A DNA stretch of 63,493 nucleotides, counting the filler, from Intoshia linei (lineage: Eukaryota; Animalia; Orthonectida), in the NCBI GenBank assembly GCA_001642005.1. It is 5 parts of 5 records of this genome, joined end to end, with 100 filler letters (N's around TTAATTAATTAA, not from the genome) between each part and the next. Parts side by side here need not be neighbours in the genome. Positions count along the whole stretch, not along the records: positions 36,558 to 59,524 come from LWCA01000576.1; 4 more parts are not named here. The stretch is one strand, 5' to 3'. Under the pieces are notes generated by a model. It made no database searches, was not told where the DNA came from, and was given only the letters and a program-made list of their open reading frames with translations. Every line of letters starts with the position of its first letter. Position 1 is the stretch's first letter. A program made the translations under genes and the position numbers. This document shows positions 39,451 through 54,457 of the stretch, one piece after another.

Positions 39451-40182
39451 TCCTAACTTATATAAAATGCTACGCAATTTTTGTTTGTGTATGTGTGTAC
39501 CACTTTATTGAAATAACTAACAATCTAAGAATTTTATAAAGATACCATTTTAATTACAGTTTTTTCCGGGACGTATAATAAGATAAATTTCAACCTCCCA
39601 ATTTTCCATCTTACGGGTCAAAAACCCCAGTTGTCCCTTTTTTGGTAAATCAAACGAGTTAAAGAATTTAAAAAAATATTATTGATTTATAATAATATTT
39701 AATATAATAATTGAAATTATAAGCTGATACAGATTTTAAAATCATAAACATGAACATACATTTAAATTTAAAAAAAAATTATGTCTTCAGGACCAAAATC
39801 CCAAATTACCCTTCTTTTTTTAGTGAAAACAGCCCTAGAATTTCAAAAAAATTACAGGTTGTACAGTTGTATCCAGTTGACACACACAGAAAATTTCAAT
39901 CCGAATAAGTGACGACTTTACGATCAAAAAAGCATTTTAGTATTCATATATTTTTTTTCCGAAATAATTTAATAAAACAAAAAATATGAAATAATTAAGT
40001 GTCCGAAAATTAAAAAAATAAATTATTCTGATAGAGCTTATTCCAGTTGATAAAAATTCAAAAATTCAATGCCGGAAAGCAATGTAATAGAAATGTGGAC
40101 TTTATACAATTCTAAGACTGGTAGGTATTAAAATAAACGATAACACACAGACGAACCAACCAAATATATAATGTACGTAAGG
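39451..40182 (+). mobile_element. Helitron-like 5' portion fused to an inverted second 5' end
   Basis: TCCTAACTTATATAAAATGCTACGC at 39451; reverse-complement 5' fragment at ~40085-40182. Confidence 0.65.
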
Positions 40183-40834
40183 ATTTTTTCAGCAATACCA
40201 TTATTTTTGCAATCGGTAGGATTAAAGTTAATTAAATTGGTTTAAACAGAAATTGTTGTGAGTTTATTAAAGTTTTAATTGGTCTTTGTTTGTGTACTAA
40301 ACTAAAATATTTATTCAGAAGTTTATTTGTAATAACAATTTATATCATTCACATAATAGATTTATATATGTACGTGCCAATATCTATGTGCTTTATAGGG
40401 ATGACTGTAATTTTATTATTTAGTTAATAACATTCACAAATTCATCCAAGTGTCTATCAAAATTTAATTTTGCATACATAGCTAGTGTGACCATAAATAC
40501 GTATTTGGCAAACTACGTAGAAACGGCATAACTTTGTTTTAAACTTAATTAATTTTAAAAATAAATCCTAATTTTACAATTATGATAAATTTCATGTTTA
40601 TGTAACATCAATACGCATTTTCTACGTATAATATAAGACCACACTAACTTAGCTCTTATAAGTGTGGTATACCAATCGTTAATAGAAGTAAAATGAATTG
40701 ATATCACCATATTAACTCAAAAATTTAATATTATTTATTTACAATTAATTCATTATGTTAATGCAATCGATTAGATAATATTAATGCTACAAATATAGTT
40801 GATAGATTACGATTAATTGTGTACAGTATCAAAT

Positions 40835-43800
40835 ATGGACAGGTCAAATAACATATCCCGGTTAGAACTGAAATATTATCAATCAATTGTGTGTTTATAT
40901 TAATTTAAAATTCAAATCCTAAAAGTTGAAAACTATTACAATACAAAATACATGTTAATACTAAAAAAGAAGCATAACTAACTAATATATAATATGATAA
41001 TATAATAACTAATAATATAAAAATGAATATCTGTGGTTGTTTGTGTAACCATTTATTTAAAAAATTGACAGTGGCAGGATTAAAAAACCCAATTTCTAAT
41101 ACAGTTTTTCCCACAGCGTGTTTTTATCTATTTACCTATAGAGATTTAGCTACCTGCGCAGTAATCCGCCACAGTGCACCATTTGGGAAGCACTGGTCTA
41201 AGTAAATTAAGTCATGATAATTTTGCTTTACTCATACTGAGTACTCATATAAATTTATCCAAATTTAACATACTTAATAAATTTAAATTTTTGAGAATGT
41301 TCATGATTTTAAAATCTGTATCAGAGTATACTTTTTTTAATCATAGAATCTGTTTCCTATTCAAAAAAAGAATAATAGAAATTTATGACTTGTAAGATGT
41401 AAGTTTCTGATATTACTAGATTATTAGAAACTGGAAAAGACAGACAGACAAATAAGCAGACATACATGTTTAACTGAATTACTTTATAAGTAAGGATTAT
41501 TTTAGCAGTTAACGGGGTTAATCGTTGCTGCTAAAATAAAAAACACTCGTTATTACAAAAAATTACCACTGCTGTTTCCATCACTCATAATATATTAAAC
41601 AATATTTATCATCGGGAATGCGTAGATTTCTGGGTTTAAAGTTTGCATTTATATTACGTGGAATAAGCTGTATCAGAAAAATATTTATTTTAATTATGGG
41701 ACCGTTATTGATTTCAAATTTTTTGCCATTTATTATAATGCTTATGATTTTAAAAACTATCCCAGAATTTATGTTTTATAAAATTTTATTACATGTTTCA
41801 TTTATTAAGCATAATATAATGTGTGGTTTTAGACTACGAAGGTATGCGTTTTTGATCCTGAGGTTTACGACAATATAATCATTTTGAAATACATCCCAGA
41901 ATGTATGTTTTATTTAATTTTTAGGGTGATTAATTCTTTAACAATAGAGAAAATTGTGTTTTTGACCGTGAAGACCTTTGACTCTAATTCGGAAACTGAA
42001 AAATATATATGAATATAAACAAATTTTGGGAAAAACTGTATTAGAAATTGGGTTTTCTAAATCCTAAAACTATGATTTTAATTAAATTAAATGAACAGAC
42101 ACACAGATGTTCAATTGTATATAAGTAAAAAATGTAAGAAAAAGGATAAATTAAATAGATATAAATTTAATTGTAGTTAAGGATGAGTTTGTAGATGATG
42201 AATTTAATAAAAGATGCTTGAATAAGGTAATTTGAAGTATGAGTAAAATTAGTGTGACTGGTTGATAATTAGATGAACACAAGCACTACATTTAATTTAA
42301 AACTTCAAATTGATTTAAATAATATTTTGGGCCAATAAATTAACGATAAATATGCTAGGACATGAGCATGTACATTCATATGGGACTATTTTTTAACTGA
42401 AATTCTAAAATCATTGTACAAGTGGGCGATACACCAGCTTATCATCATTAAATTTTTTGTACTGATTGATGAGAATTATAATTAAATTATTATCTCACCA
42501 AATTATTGTTAATTATCAAATTTAGACTGTTACTTTGTTGATGATGGTATTATCAATTGTAGTTGCCTCTGTACCTAACATCGGATTTATAACTAGCGCT
42601 TTTGGAATATCATATAAGTATAACAAAGTCACATATGTAACTGGATACGTAGGATTAATTACCACTACAATTACGTTAGTCGTGATTATACTTTCCTTTA
42701 TTGCTTATAAATTGAACATGAAAATATTGTCGATTATAGTATTTTTAATTCAGTCGCAACAGCCAGTTCAATAATAATTTATATCTATTACCACGAATGT
42801 TTGTAAATATAGTACAGTAAACTCTGTCTATAATAACAGATTTTAGTTGTTCTTATAACAATAAATAATGAATTATATAGATTTTCACCAATATTTCTTT
42901 AATGGAAATGTATAGACGTTTAATACACATTTTTTTTAAATTGTAGGGTCAATTGTTAGATTTTCAATTTTTATTTTAATCGAAATATTTAAAAAATATT
43001 GTTTGATAATATATTAAAAGTATTTTTCACCCGGGAATGCGTAGATTTCTGGGATTAAACTTTTGTATTTATATCAACTGTATTTATATATAAATATAAA
43101 TTGTTTAAATATGTCACTTATTCAGATTGAAATTTTTTGTCTGTGTTAACAGGATACAACTGTACCACCTGTATTTTTTTTTAATTCTAGGAGTGTTTTC
43201 ATTAAAAAAAAAAGGTAATTTGGAGTTTTGGCCTTGAAGATATATTTTTTTTAAATTTAAATGTATGATAATATTATGATTTTAAAAACGACATCAGAGT
43301 ATATATAATTCTAAGACTGGTAGTTATTTAAATAAACGATAACACACACACAGACAAACAAAGCATATTATATAAGTCACAGAAATACATTCATAAATAA
43401 TACAAATAGTTATTGACGTATTCAAATTAAATTAATAGAAATACAATCGTAAAAACAATTTAAAAAAAAGTGCAATTTTATATACTAAAAATACAAAATA
43501 ACCTAAATAACAAAATTATAAAATTTTGATACAAATGTTTAAAAAAAGTATGAAAAAATTAACTTGATACAGTTTTAAAATGACAAAAATATACAATTTG
43601 TTTCATATAAAATATAAAATTTAAGTTAAATTTACAAATTATAAAGTTTCGTGTTTGTTACAAAATAATAAATATTTGATGTTTGAACATCGTCAATGGT
43701 TATATATGGCTTTCGCGAACTGTTAATCTCAACTCACATATTTATCTAAATATTTTAATAAACTCTTAAAACACATTTAGGTAATCATTGCAGATTTAAT

Positions 43801-46800
43801 CGCAATATTCTCAGCAACTTCATTTATAGTGTCCGTTTTTGCATTTAAAGTAAATTTAATGTAAATTTGGTTTTTTAGTTAATGAAACATGATAATATAA
43901 GAATATAAAATCTAAGCCTTATTAAAATAAAAAAAAAATTAATTTTTTTTTGGAATTGAAAGTTTCAAAATTAAATTCCATTAACTAGTGTGTTACTATG
44001 GGCAAAATTCGATATTAAAATTAAGAATTTTATAAATTAATTCTAATTAATAAGGACTTAGACTACATTATAAATTTACCTGTTGTAAATCTAGTCAACC
44101 GCAATAGCGAAAACTTTCATTCAAATGGGAGGACAAATAGCAGAAAAACAGATTCGAAACGAATTTAGAAAACAGGTGTAAACAAAAATGATATATTTAA
44201 TTTGTGTATTTAGTTATATATAATCTTAATTATCATATATTAGGGCAGGGGTGGGCAAATTACGGTCCGTGAAATGGGATAATAGTAGTATTTATCAATA
44301 ACAAGTTGAAGAACAAAAAAGCAAGGATGATGAATACATCATATTGTTTGTCTCAATGAGCTGGTTAACAATACATATATAACATATTTATTAATGTCAT
44401 ACTATATTTTGTTGAATCAATAACATAGTACTTTCTGAGAAATGTCAAATAATATAATTATAATAGATCAAAATATTTCGAATAATCGTTTGACAACATG
44501 AATTCGAATTTTTAAATATCATTAAGAAGCGATAAATTGAAAATAGTAAATGGAAAACACTGTAAAACTAGTGTGTGTCCATTTAAAAAATCGTAAATCA
44601 CATGATCGTATATCAAATCATCGTAAATCAAAAGATCGTATTTATTTTGTTAATTTAAATTAAATAATTCATTAACTAGTTCATTTAATTTAGACTACAG
44701 ACCCAAGTTAAAATTGAAATATTAAGATACCATATTACAAAAAAATTAGATATACTAATTAAAATTGATAACCTGATGTACAAATTTATATACCGTAACA
44801 AAATTAAAACTATCTAAACAAAAACAAGATTCAACACCATGAAAATTTTCAAAAACATATGCAATACAGTTTTCAATCAAAATCAATTCTTCAATAGGAT
44901 TGTAAATTACTGGAATATGCTGCCCACTTCAATTGTCACCGCGTCTCACACACCAATTTTCAAAAAATTATTCAACAAACACTTCAAAAACTAATGTATA
45001 ATTATATACTAAAATTACATAATAAGCTATAAGTTTGGTAATCTACAAATTCGGCACAACTTAAATAATTATAATTACATAGCAATGAAAATACAATACA
45101 ATGAAATACCGAAACTACACTGATATAACGCAATTTCACTTAACATTTGACCTATATTAGTTTTATTCTTATTATTAGATTTTATAGAATTCATCCATTA
45201 CAGACTAAAGTTAAAACTGAAATATTAGAATTACTTTTTTACCTACAAACCATATTACAAAAAAATTATAAATATTCTATTCAATTATAAATTCTAATTA
45301 AAAATCTAAAGTCGTTAAGCAATAATACATAAAAATTGTTTACATTTCATATAAATTTAAATAACTTACAAGTCGGCTGCTCTAAACTCGTTAAGCAACA
45401 ATACCTGCAATTGTATATGTAAAAAAAAACGACTAGGTTACGCAAGATTTATGATAATTATAATTCACAATGATGCAAACTTCTTTAAGAGCATACTCAA
45501 AATCTTGCGTAACCTAGTCATCTTTTTTATCATGTTTACATTTTATTAAATTTTATTTTATTTTTATTTTATTTTTTTTTTTACTTTTTTATTATCATAT
45601 TAATACAATTTTATTTTATTGCTATATAATATTTTTTTAATGTGCCGTTTTTACCTACAATCATAAGCTTGCTGCATTTAATAAATTATTATTCTATGGT
45701 GTTCATACATTTATCCAATTCAATTTAGTATATTTAGTTTAGTTACGAAGTGTATTTTTACGATCTTTTAATTTACGATCTTTTAATAGTGCGCTAACTA
45801 GTGTTTCAAAATAAGCGATTTTTTTTGAAAATTATTCGAATCATTTGAACAACACATGTAAATTATGGTTGTTATAAAACATTGAATTAATGTTAAACAT
45901 TTCGATAAGTGGTTCAAAAGACAATAAAAATTTAACAATAAATGTAAATTACATTCTTATTTTTATTGAGATTTGTAACCTATAAAAATTGCTTACAAAT
46001 TGTTTAGGGGTATAAACATATTTAGAAGATATTGTAAATTACAAATTGTAAGCATTTTTTATATCACTATATGATTCAACAATTGAATAAATTTATTTAG
46101 AAATTGACAACTTAGTTACACACATATATTTTTTTAAATTTTCGAACTCGTTTGATTTTCAAAAAATGGACAATTGGGGTTTTTGACCCGTAAGATGTAA
46201 TTTTGGGAGGTTGAAATTTATCTTATTATCACTCCGTAAAAAACTGTAATTGAAATGTGGACTTTATAAAATTCCAAGACTAGTAGTTATTGAAATAAAG
46301 TGGAACACACACAAACCAATATTGCGTAGCATATCATATAAGTAAGGATTCTGTCTAATAAATTCAAAAAAATAAAATAACAATTGTTTTTAAAATTCTT
46401 TAGATGACTGTTAACAAAACAAAAATAAGATAGAATAATTCACTTTAAAATAAAAAGTAATATGATATGATGGTTCTACCTGAAACAAGTCTGGGAACCA
46501 CTCCTTTAAAGTATTGATAATAGTGAATAGTAGAATTTCTAAGTTAGATTTTCAAATTGATTTATTTTTTTAATAGAATAAAAATGGCCCTGGACAAAGC
46601 TAGGTGCTGTTTGTACGTAGTACATTACAGTCAACCTAGTTTAAGTATAAAAACGTGTTAATTAAATGATATAAATAATAATAACCGGACTTTTTTTCTT
46701 AAAATTTAACTTAAGTTTATAAAATTTATAATTAATTTAATTTTTAATTTTCAACTTCCCCCCTTTTAAGAATTACTGCTTTAAATCATATCTTCATGTC

Positions 46801-49718
46801 TTATTCTATTTTCTTATTTTATTAAAAGTCATCATGTTTTATTGGGGCCGAAATTAAACACATATAGATGTCATTCCGCAGAAAATTAATCGAGCTAATT
46901 TTTTATGTGTTTTTTACATTTCAATAAAAGTAATATGAAATAGCCCTAGTGTACTAAATTCTAAGTACATTCTTAGTAAATTTTTAATTATAATTTTTAG
47001 TTTTGGTGCAGTTTCGAAGAACATGAAGGATATTTTTATAGTATAATCAGGCCATGGAGCTGTTATACTTATTTTGTCGACGGCTTACTGAAAAATGGAC
47101 TATGTATTATGATATATGTTGTTAATTATATCAGTTTGGTAATTGTTTCACTTCATCTAAAACTAGCTTGACTGTTATGTACTTAGTACAAAAAACATTC
47201 GTCAAAGGCGTATTCTCCGTTAGGCCTTTAAATTCAATGTTTAAATTTAATGTGAAATTCAAATTTAGAAACCACTCATGAATTCCATTTCATGTTTAAG
47301 CAACATTTGATTATTGCATTTATTTTTGTGGTAGAATTAAAAAATTTGCGTCCGTAGAGCTAGGATGCTGTTTGTACGAAGTACATAACAGTCAAGCTAG
47401 TATAATATAATGTACGAGCTTGGCAGTTTTTTACTACGTACAAACAGTACCTAGCTCTGCCGAGGGCACTTTTTTATTATACCAAAAAAATAAATTCACG
47501 TTGAAAATCTAACTTAAAATCCACTATTCACTATTATCCATAAACAAGTGGTTCCCAAACTTGTTTCAGGTGGAACCATCATATGACATTACTAAGTGGT
47601 TCCCTTTTTTGTTTCATTTAAATTTGTTTTAGGTAGAACCATCATATCACATTACTTTTTACTTTAAAATGAATTATTCAATCTTAATTTTGTTTTGTTA
47701 ACATTTGCGTAAAGAATTTTAAAAACAATTGTCATCTCATTTTTTTAATTTATTAGACAGAATGTGTGTATAATATTAAAAATAAAGTCAAAACAGTCCA
47801 TTCCTAAAAATTGTCATAAATAGCATAAATTCCAAATATCCATTATTGCAAAGGATTGTAATATAAAAATGATTGATGTTAAAACTGTGTCCATACTTTT
47901 GGCTTTTTTTTTTGTACATGTTAATTTTATTTTTACCATTTTATGTTAAATATGTAACAATTAATAATAAAAAAAATAACCAGTTTCAGTTAATATAAAT
48001 TTAATTTTATAAATTCGTTGCTGTAGTGTTAAAATTTTAAGATTATGAAAAATGTTTTGAAATAAAAATTTGAAATTTAAAAATTGCGAAGGAATGAATT
48101 ATATAGATTTTTACCCATATTTTTTTCTTGGAAATGTGTAGACGTTCAATGCACATTTTTTTTGAAATTGTAGGATCAATATTTACATTTTCATTTTTGA
48201 TTTTTAATCCAAATATTTGAAAAATATTGGTTGATAATATATTAAAAATTATTTTTCACCGGGAATGCGTAGATTTCTCGGGTTGAACTTTTGTATTTAT
48301 ATGAACTGGAATAAGTTCTATCAGAATAATTTTTTTTTAATTTTCGAACGCTTAAATTATTTCACATTTTTTGTTTTAATAAAATATTTCGGAAAAAAAA
48401 TATATCAATACTTAAATGCTTTTTTAACCGTGAAGTCGTCACTCATTCGGATTGAAATTTTCTGTGTGTATTAACAGGATACAAATGTAAACCCTGTAAA
48501 TTTTATTGAAATTCTAGGGCTGTTTTAAAAAAAAAGGAAGGGGAATTTAGGATTTTGGCCATGAAGATATAATTTTTTTAAATTTAAATTTATGATAATG
48601 TTTATGATTTTCAAATCCGCATTAGCGTATATATTTTTCTAAATTTTGCAACTCGTTTGATTTTCAAAAAGAGGGACAACTGGGGTTTTAGATGTGAAAT
48701 TGAGACTTTGAAATTTATCTTAATATACGTTCCTGAAAAAACTGGAATTGAAATGTGGTATTCTAAAAATTCTAAATTAAATTGTGGAAAAATTCTAAGA
48801 GTGCTAGTTATTTTAATAAAGTAGGACACACAGACAGACAGACAAACAAAAATCGCCTAGTCTTTTATATAAGAGTAACTATCATTAAACTCACTTCACT
48901 CTAGAATGAAAATATTATGTTAATTCATTTTCTACATGAAATATAATGTTCGGTATATAAGTTTCTAGTAGTACACTATTGAAGTTACTGCTAGTAATTA
49001 ATATCATTATCTCGTTACCAAATGTATTTATAATTTCATTTTTATGAGTTATACACCCGATTACGCTACTATAAGTTAGGATTATTTATTGTTATTATTA
49101 ATTGTAAGTATTATTAACCTTATACACTTTGATTGTTTTTTAAATGAAATTATACTAAAGATAATAAACTCAATAATTTCAAAATCAAAAATTTAAATAG
49201 TTGAAGTAAAAATAAACTATAGCTACAGATTAAACACACCTTTATCAAAAAGTGTGGTTGTATAAAAAAAAGTATTAAAATGGAATGTTGACACTTTAAT
49301 ATTTGAAACAAGAAATTAAATTTAATAACCACAATAGCTTGTTATCAATTTAAATTATTTCATGCGTATGAAAAAAATTAGAAATAATAGATAAATGGTC
49401 ATGATTATATTCTAATGCCCAAGATTGAAATCTCATTTTGTACTTAGATTTTATGTATTCGTCATTTTTAAATTCACATTTTGTACTTACATTTTATATA
49501 TCTAGTCATTTTTATATTATCGTATAAGATATTTTGGTTTCTCAGGGTTATTAAATTATTTTAATTCAGAACAACGAACAATATAATAGTGTCTGTAAAT
49601 GATATTGTTAATTTAGTATGCTGTTTTATTCATTTCGCCTTTTCATCTATATCACATGCTACGGAAAGATGGAAGCTTGGAAAGGGATTATAGCGATGAA
49701 TATTCAGAATCCAATTAA
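40835..49718 (+). CDS. Divergent tetraspanin-like 4-TM protein, paralogue A (core exons 42526-42738, 43781-43849, 44095-44175, 47001-47138; first exon 40835-40888 and last exon 49617-49718 tentative)
   Basis: All phase-0 GT-AG exons splice into an open frame with four hydrophobic segments and a loop EFRKQ|FWCSF...WSCY before TM4. Core exon sizes are identical to paralogue B. Confidence 0.7.
44574..45795 (-). mobile_element. 9-bp-TSD MITE expanded by nested insertions
   Basis: Family ends at both sides with AACTAGTG(T) duplicated flanks; the interior is interrupted by LINE-like DNA. Confidence 0.65.
44750..45010 (+). mobile_element. 5'-truncated LINE (CR1/L2-type) ORF2 C-terminal fragment
   Basis: FFNRIVNYWNMLPTSIVTASHTPIFKKLF* matches the FF..RV...WN.LP..VV.A....FK..L tail of CR1/L2-group ORF2. 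Confidence 0.75.
46120..46639. mobile_element. Helitron-like fragments: inverted 5' end (to 46329) abutting a + strand 3' end (CTAG at ~46636-46639)
   Basis: Family terminal sequences in both orientations. Confidence 0.65.
47415..48873 (-). mobile_element. Near full-length Helitron-like element (~1.45 kb)
   Basis: Degenerate 3' end at 47415, collinear family body, and 5' end with CAGA microsatellite at ~48830-48873. Confidence 0.78.
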
Positions 49719-50289
49719 TACTTATATTTATATAAAAGTTAGTGAAATACTAAATATGTAAAATAATATATAAAGAATTATTAATTAATTAAAAAATTAA
49801 GACATTCAATCATTTACTTACATATAAAAATATGAACAGCTAATTACATGTCTAGTGCATAATAATGGTAGTGCTATAACTGGGCAGTATTTGGTTTTCG
49901 AAACTCAGACCGATATATACTTTATAAACACTATGATAAATTATAATAAATATATTTATGCATTGGAAGATTATTTACTGCCAATGATAACACACTTCGA
50001 TATTTTCCAGGAAGACAATTATAGTTTACATGCATCTTAACTCAAAATAGTGGTTATAGGCTTACATTGTTTATATTTTTAAATGATCTGCCTGTATCCT
50101 GGACATGAACTGTATCTGAGTTCTAGGACTCATTTGATTTAAAAAAACGATAATTGGGGGTTTTGACCGGTAATGAAACTAAATTAAACATTATTAAGAA
50201 GTAATATTCTTTATTTTATATAAAAAGTGGTAATTTATTTTTCACGGCATTGTATTGTTAGAAACTTCAACAATCACTTTACAAATAAA

Positions 50290-52037
50290 TTCGTGTTGAA
50301 AATCTAACTTAAAAATCCTACTATTAACTATTATCAATCCTTTAAAGGATTGAAAATCTAACTTAAAAATCCTACTATTCACTATTATCAATTCTTTAAA
50401 GGAAAAAATAAATTCACGTTGAAAATCTAATTTAAAAATCCTACTATTCACTATTATCAATCCTTTAAAGGAGTGGTTCCCAAATTTGTTTCAAGTGGAA
50501 CCATCATATCACATTACTTTTTACTTTAAAGTGAATTATTTTATCTTAATTTTTTATTTGTTAACATTTAAAAATAAAGTAAAAACAGTCCAATCCAAAA
50601 AATTGTCATAAATAGCACAAATTCCAGAAAAAATAAAATTATAAAAATTTATATTGTCATTTTCAATGTAATGATATATATTCAGTACCAATTTAATAAA
50701 TACTTAAAAATACTAATTGTGTATCAATAATTAATAGAATCTTCACTTTATAAATATTTCAGTCAAATTTTACCATTATTGCAAATGATTGTGTAATGTG
50801 CTATATCCTTAAAGGTCTTCTATTATTGGCGAAACTTAAGTTAATAATTTCAAGAAAATTTCAAAGTTCAAGTTTAACACAAAATTATAAAATGAGCGAC
50901 AACTCGCTCACTCTATAACAAGTATACTACAACAACTGTACTTATGTTATACAACTAAGCTATAACAACTAAACAACTAACTGGTACAACACTACAGATT
51001 GTAATATAAAAACAATTGATGTAAAAAATGTGTCCATACTTTTGGCTTTTTTCTTGTGAATGTTACTTTTCTTTTTAGCATTTTCAAATTAAGTTAGTAT
51101 CCAAACTTTTATAAATTCTTTGCCGTAGATGTTGTTTAAAATGTTTGGAAAATGAAAATTTGAAATTTAAAAATTGCGTAGTAATGAAAAAAATTCCGAA
51201 GGAATGAATTATATAGATTTTTACCCATATGTCTTGACTGGAAATGTGTAGACGTAAAATCCACATTATTTTTGAAATTGTAGGATCAATATTTACATCT
51301 TTTATTTTTGATTTTAATTGAAATATTTGAAAAATATTGGTTGATAATATATTAAAAATTATTTTTCACCCGGGAATGCGTAGATGTTTGGAGTTAAAAT
51401 TTTGTATTTATATCAACTGGAATAAGCTTTATCAGAATAATCCTTTTTTTTAATTTTTTAACGCTTAATTATTTCACATTTTTTGTTTTAATAACATATT
51501 TCGGAAAAAAAATATATGAATACTAAAATGCTTTTGTTCACGTAAAATCGTCACTATTCGGATTGAAATTTTTTATGTGTGTTAACAGGATACAACTGTA
51601 ACACCTGTAAATTTTCTCATGAGACCATAACATCTCGTTAACATCTCATGCAAATTATATAAACCTATTTTGTCATTTTCAATGTGATAATATATCAGTA
51701 CCAATTTAATAAATACTTAAAAATATTAATTAAGTATCAATAATTAACGGAATCACCACTTTATAAACATACTAGCTTGGCTGTTTTGTACTACGTACAA
51801 ACAGCACTTAGCTCTGCCAAGGGCACTCTTTTATTATACCAAAAAAATAAATTCACGTTGAAAATCTAACTTAAAAATTGTACTATTAAATATTATCAAT
51901 CCTTTAAAAGAGTGGTTCCCAAATTTGTTTCAGGTGAAACCATCACATCACATTATTTTTTACTTTAAAGTGACTTATTCTATCTTAATTTTTTGTTTAA
52001 CATTTGCGTAAAGAATTTTAAAAACAATTGTTATCCA
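50290..52037 (-). mobile_element. Two tandem Helitron-like partial copies, with a ~53-bp unit triplicated at ~50297-50470
   Basis: Family body; intact 3' end A|CTAGCTTGGCTGTTTTGTACTACGTACAAACAG at ~51772. Confidence 0.72.
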
Positions 52038-52054
52038 ACATACAATATGTGGTA

Positions 52055-52790
52055 TATTGATAAGTATTACATCAATTAGAAATATTGTTATATTTTCAAA
52101 ATTAAGGTACATATAGTAAGGATGGATTTAAGTGCATACGCAAAAAATTGAGTATTTAAAAAATATGTATCATAGTAAAGAAATGTTATAATAATACGAT
52201 TTATCGACCTGCTAGTAACATATATTTGTTACATTGTATTATTATTATATTATTAACATCGTTATCTTTTAGAAATTTAATTTTAAAATTTAAAATTTGA
52301 TAATTTAAAATGGGCAAAAGTAAGGATATTTCTTCCCAAACAAAAAATCATATAATCTCATTGCTAGAAAAATCTGATTACAGTGAACACAAAATTGCAG
52401 ACATGTGTGGTGTGCCTCAGTCAGCTGTATCCATTATAATAAAAAAATATCGAAATCTCAACAACGTAGTAATTTATACAGAAAAAAATATGGTAAAAAA
52501 AATCCATGAATCAAAAAACAGACCGAATTATACTCAGAACAGATCTAGAAAATAGAAATTCTAACTGCGCTAAAATCTCTAGAAAATTAAACTCAAAATG
52601 TTAATGTGTTAAAGTAAACTGTTAATCGTAGACTATTGGAGGCAGCTTACACATTTTACCGAAAAACAAGAAAACCCCTCTGTATTAAGAAAATGAAAAA
52701 AACAAGGTTTTTATAGGCAAAAAGTCATGAAAATTGATATGAACATAAATGGAACGAGGTTATTTATTAATAAGTTAAAATAAATTAAAA
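52055..52790 (+). mobile_element. Decayed Tc1-like transposon (N-terminal transposase, frameshifted, truncated before the DDE domain)
   Basis: MGKSKDISSQTKNHIISLL...KIADMCGVPQSAVSIIIKKY (HTH), then TVNRRLLEAA...RKTRKP...KWNEVI in shifted frames; second copy at 62530-63450. Confidence 0.8.
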
Positions 52791-54457
52791 TATTGTATTC
52801 AGAAATTATGAATAAACATAAACGGCATGGCTTTGAACGTGATCCAATGACAAACGAAGTGCCCGAAAGAATAGTTTATATGTTTAATAATGAGGTAACT
52901 CATGCAAAATCAATTTTCATGTTCAATTTAAATTTAGTATATAGATTTAATAAATTATAAAATTATTATATTAATGATTAATATATCACGTAACCATTGA
53001 TAATTTATATATTGCAAATTATTATTTTATAAGTCAGATAAATAATTTCATATTTTCTAGCCTCACATATACAAACTTTAGCCTGTTAAATTCAATTTAT
53101 ATACAAAATAAAAAGTTGATAAATTAACAGGATCGAAATATATTCCTAATTGATTTAGGCCTATTACTAATATAAGTATAGTTTATTTGATTAATATAAT
53201 TTATTTGACAATATAGTTTATTTATGTTTATTTTGATTTGAAAGCTAAATGAAAATTCCAGTATCATTAATATATTTATTTTCAGTGGTAATTATTACAT
53301 TACTTTATATCAGGATTTTTATTATTTTTCGTCTGTCGCTCAGCATCAATTTGTATCAGTTTTGTGATAATTATCGTCGATTTTCTCTATTTTAAAATAT
53401 GAATTTCGTTTAAATTATAGAGACCATAAATACGCTTTTTTGGCAACACCGAAAAACGTACTAATTACGTACTATTACAAATTTAAGTTTATTATGTATT
53501 CAATTTTACAATAAAAATTTCAAATAATTAAAATTTTGTATAACTAAGTAATTATACAATTTTATATAAATTATTACGACGTTTTTGTTCTGGTCGCTTT
53601 ATTTTAATTGAGGAACATGTCAATATAAACATGCATTTTATAAATTATAGTTTATTTTAAATGCCATATTATTATAAACTTCATATGAACCTGTCTATAT
53701 TTTATATAATTTTTTAAGATTTTTCTAAAGATTTATCATAAAATATGTACATTTTGATGAATTAGTTCGATAGAATAGTTAATTTAGAATTTATTATGAA
53801 ATTTGCATCAAAAAATAATAATTATATAGTGCTGAAACAGAAAATCAAAGTTTTAGGTTTTTGATATATTTTAAAACAAATTTACTATTTCCGTTTTGTC
53901 CATTTATTCAAAAACTGCTTTAAGATTCTTGTAATGATATATCTCATTTTTAAAATGTCAAAATTATCTTTCATATGATATTAATCTTTTCTGGCTGCAC
54001 AACAAAAAGTTGAAAATTGTCTATTTAATTATAAAATTAAATTAAGACCAAACAGTTTAAATTGGTTTGCAAATATGTAGTACGCGTTTTTTTAAAATGA
54101 AGAACATAATAATATTTTAATATTATGTACTTTTTTTACACAGAAATAGTATGAAACAAAATTATTTTGTTTAAAACAAAGTGAATTTTAATATTATGTA
54201 TTTAAAATTAAAGGAAATCTACAGTAACACCACAATTATCAAATATTTATTATACCTTATGGCGTATTAAAATAATTATGAGTCAAAAAATGTTAGCTAT
54301 AACATCGAAAAAATATTATAAAAAGAATATTGAACCCTGTTTAAAAAAACTAAAATACTATATTTGTATAAATCATGGATTATAATAATTTTTTCGCATA
54401 ACCGACAAGCCAGTGATATCTATATAAATGTAAAAATATATTATAGAATAGTTTTAG

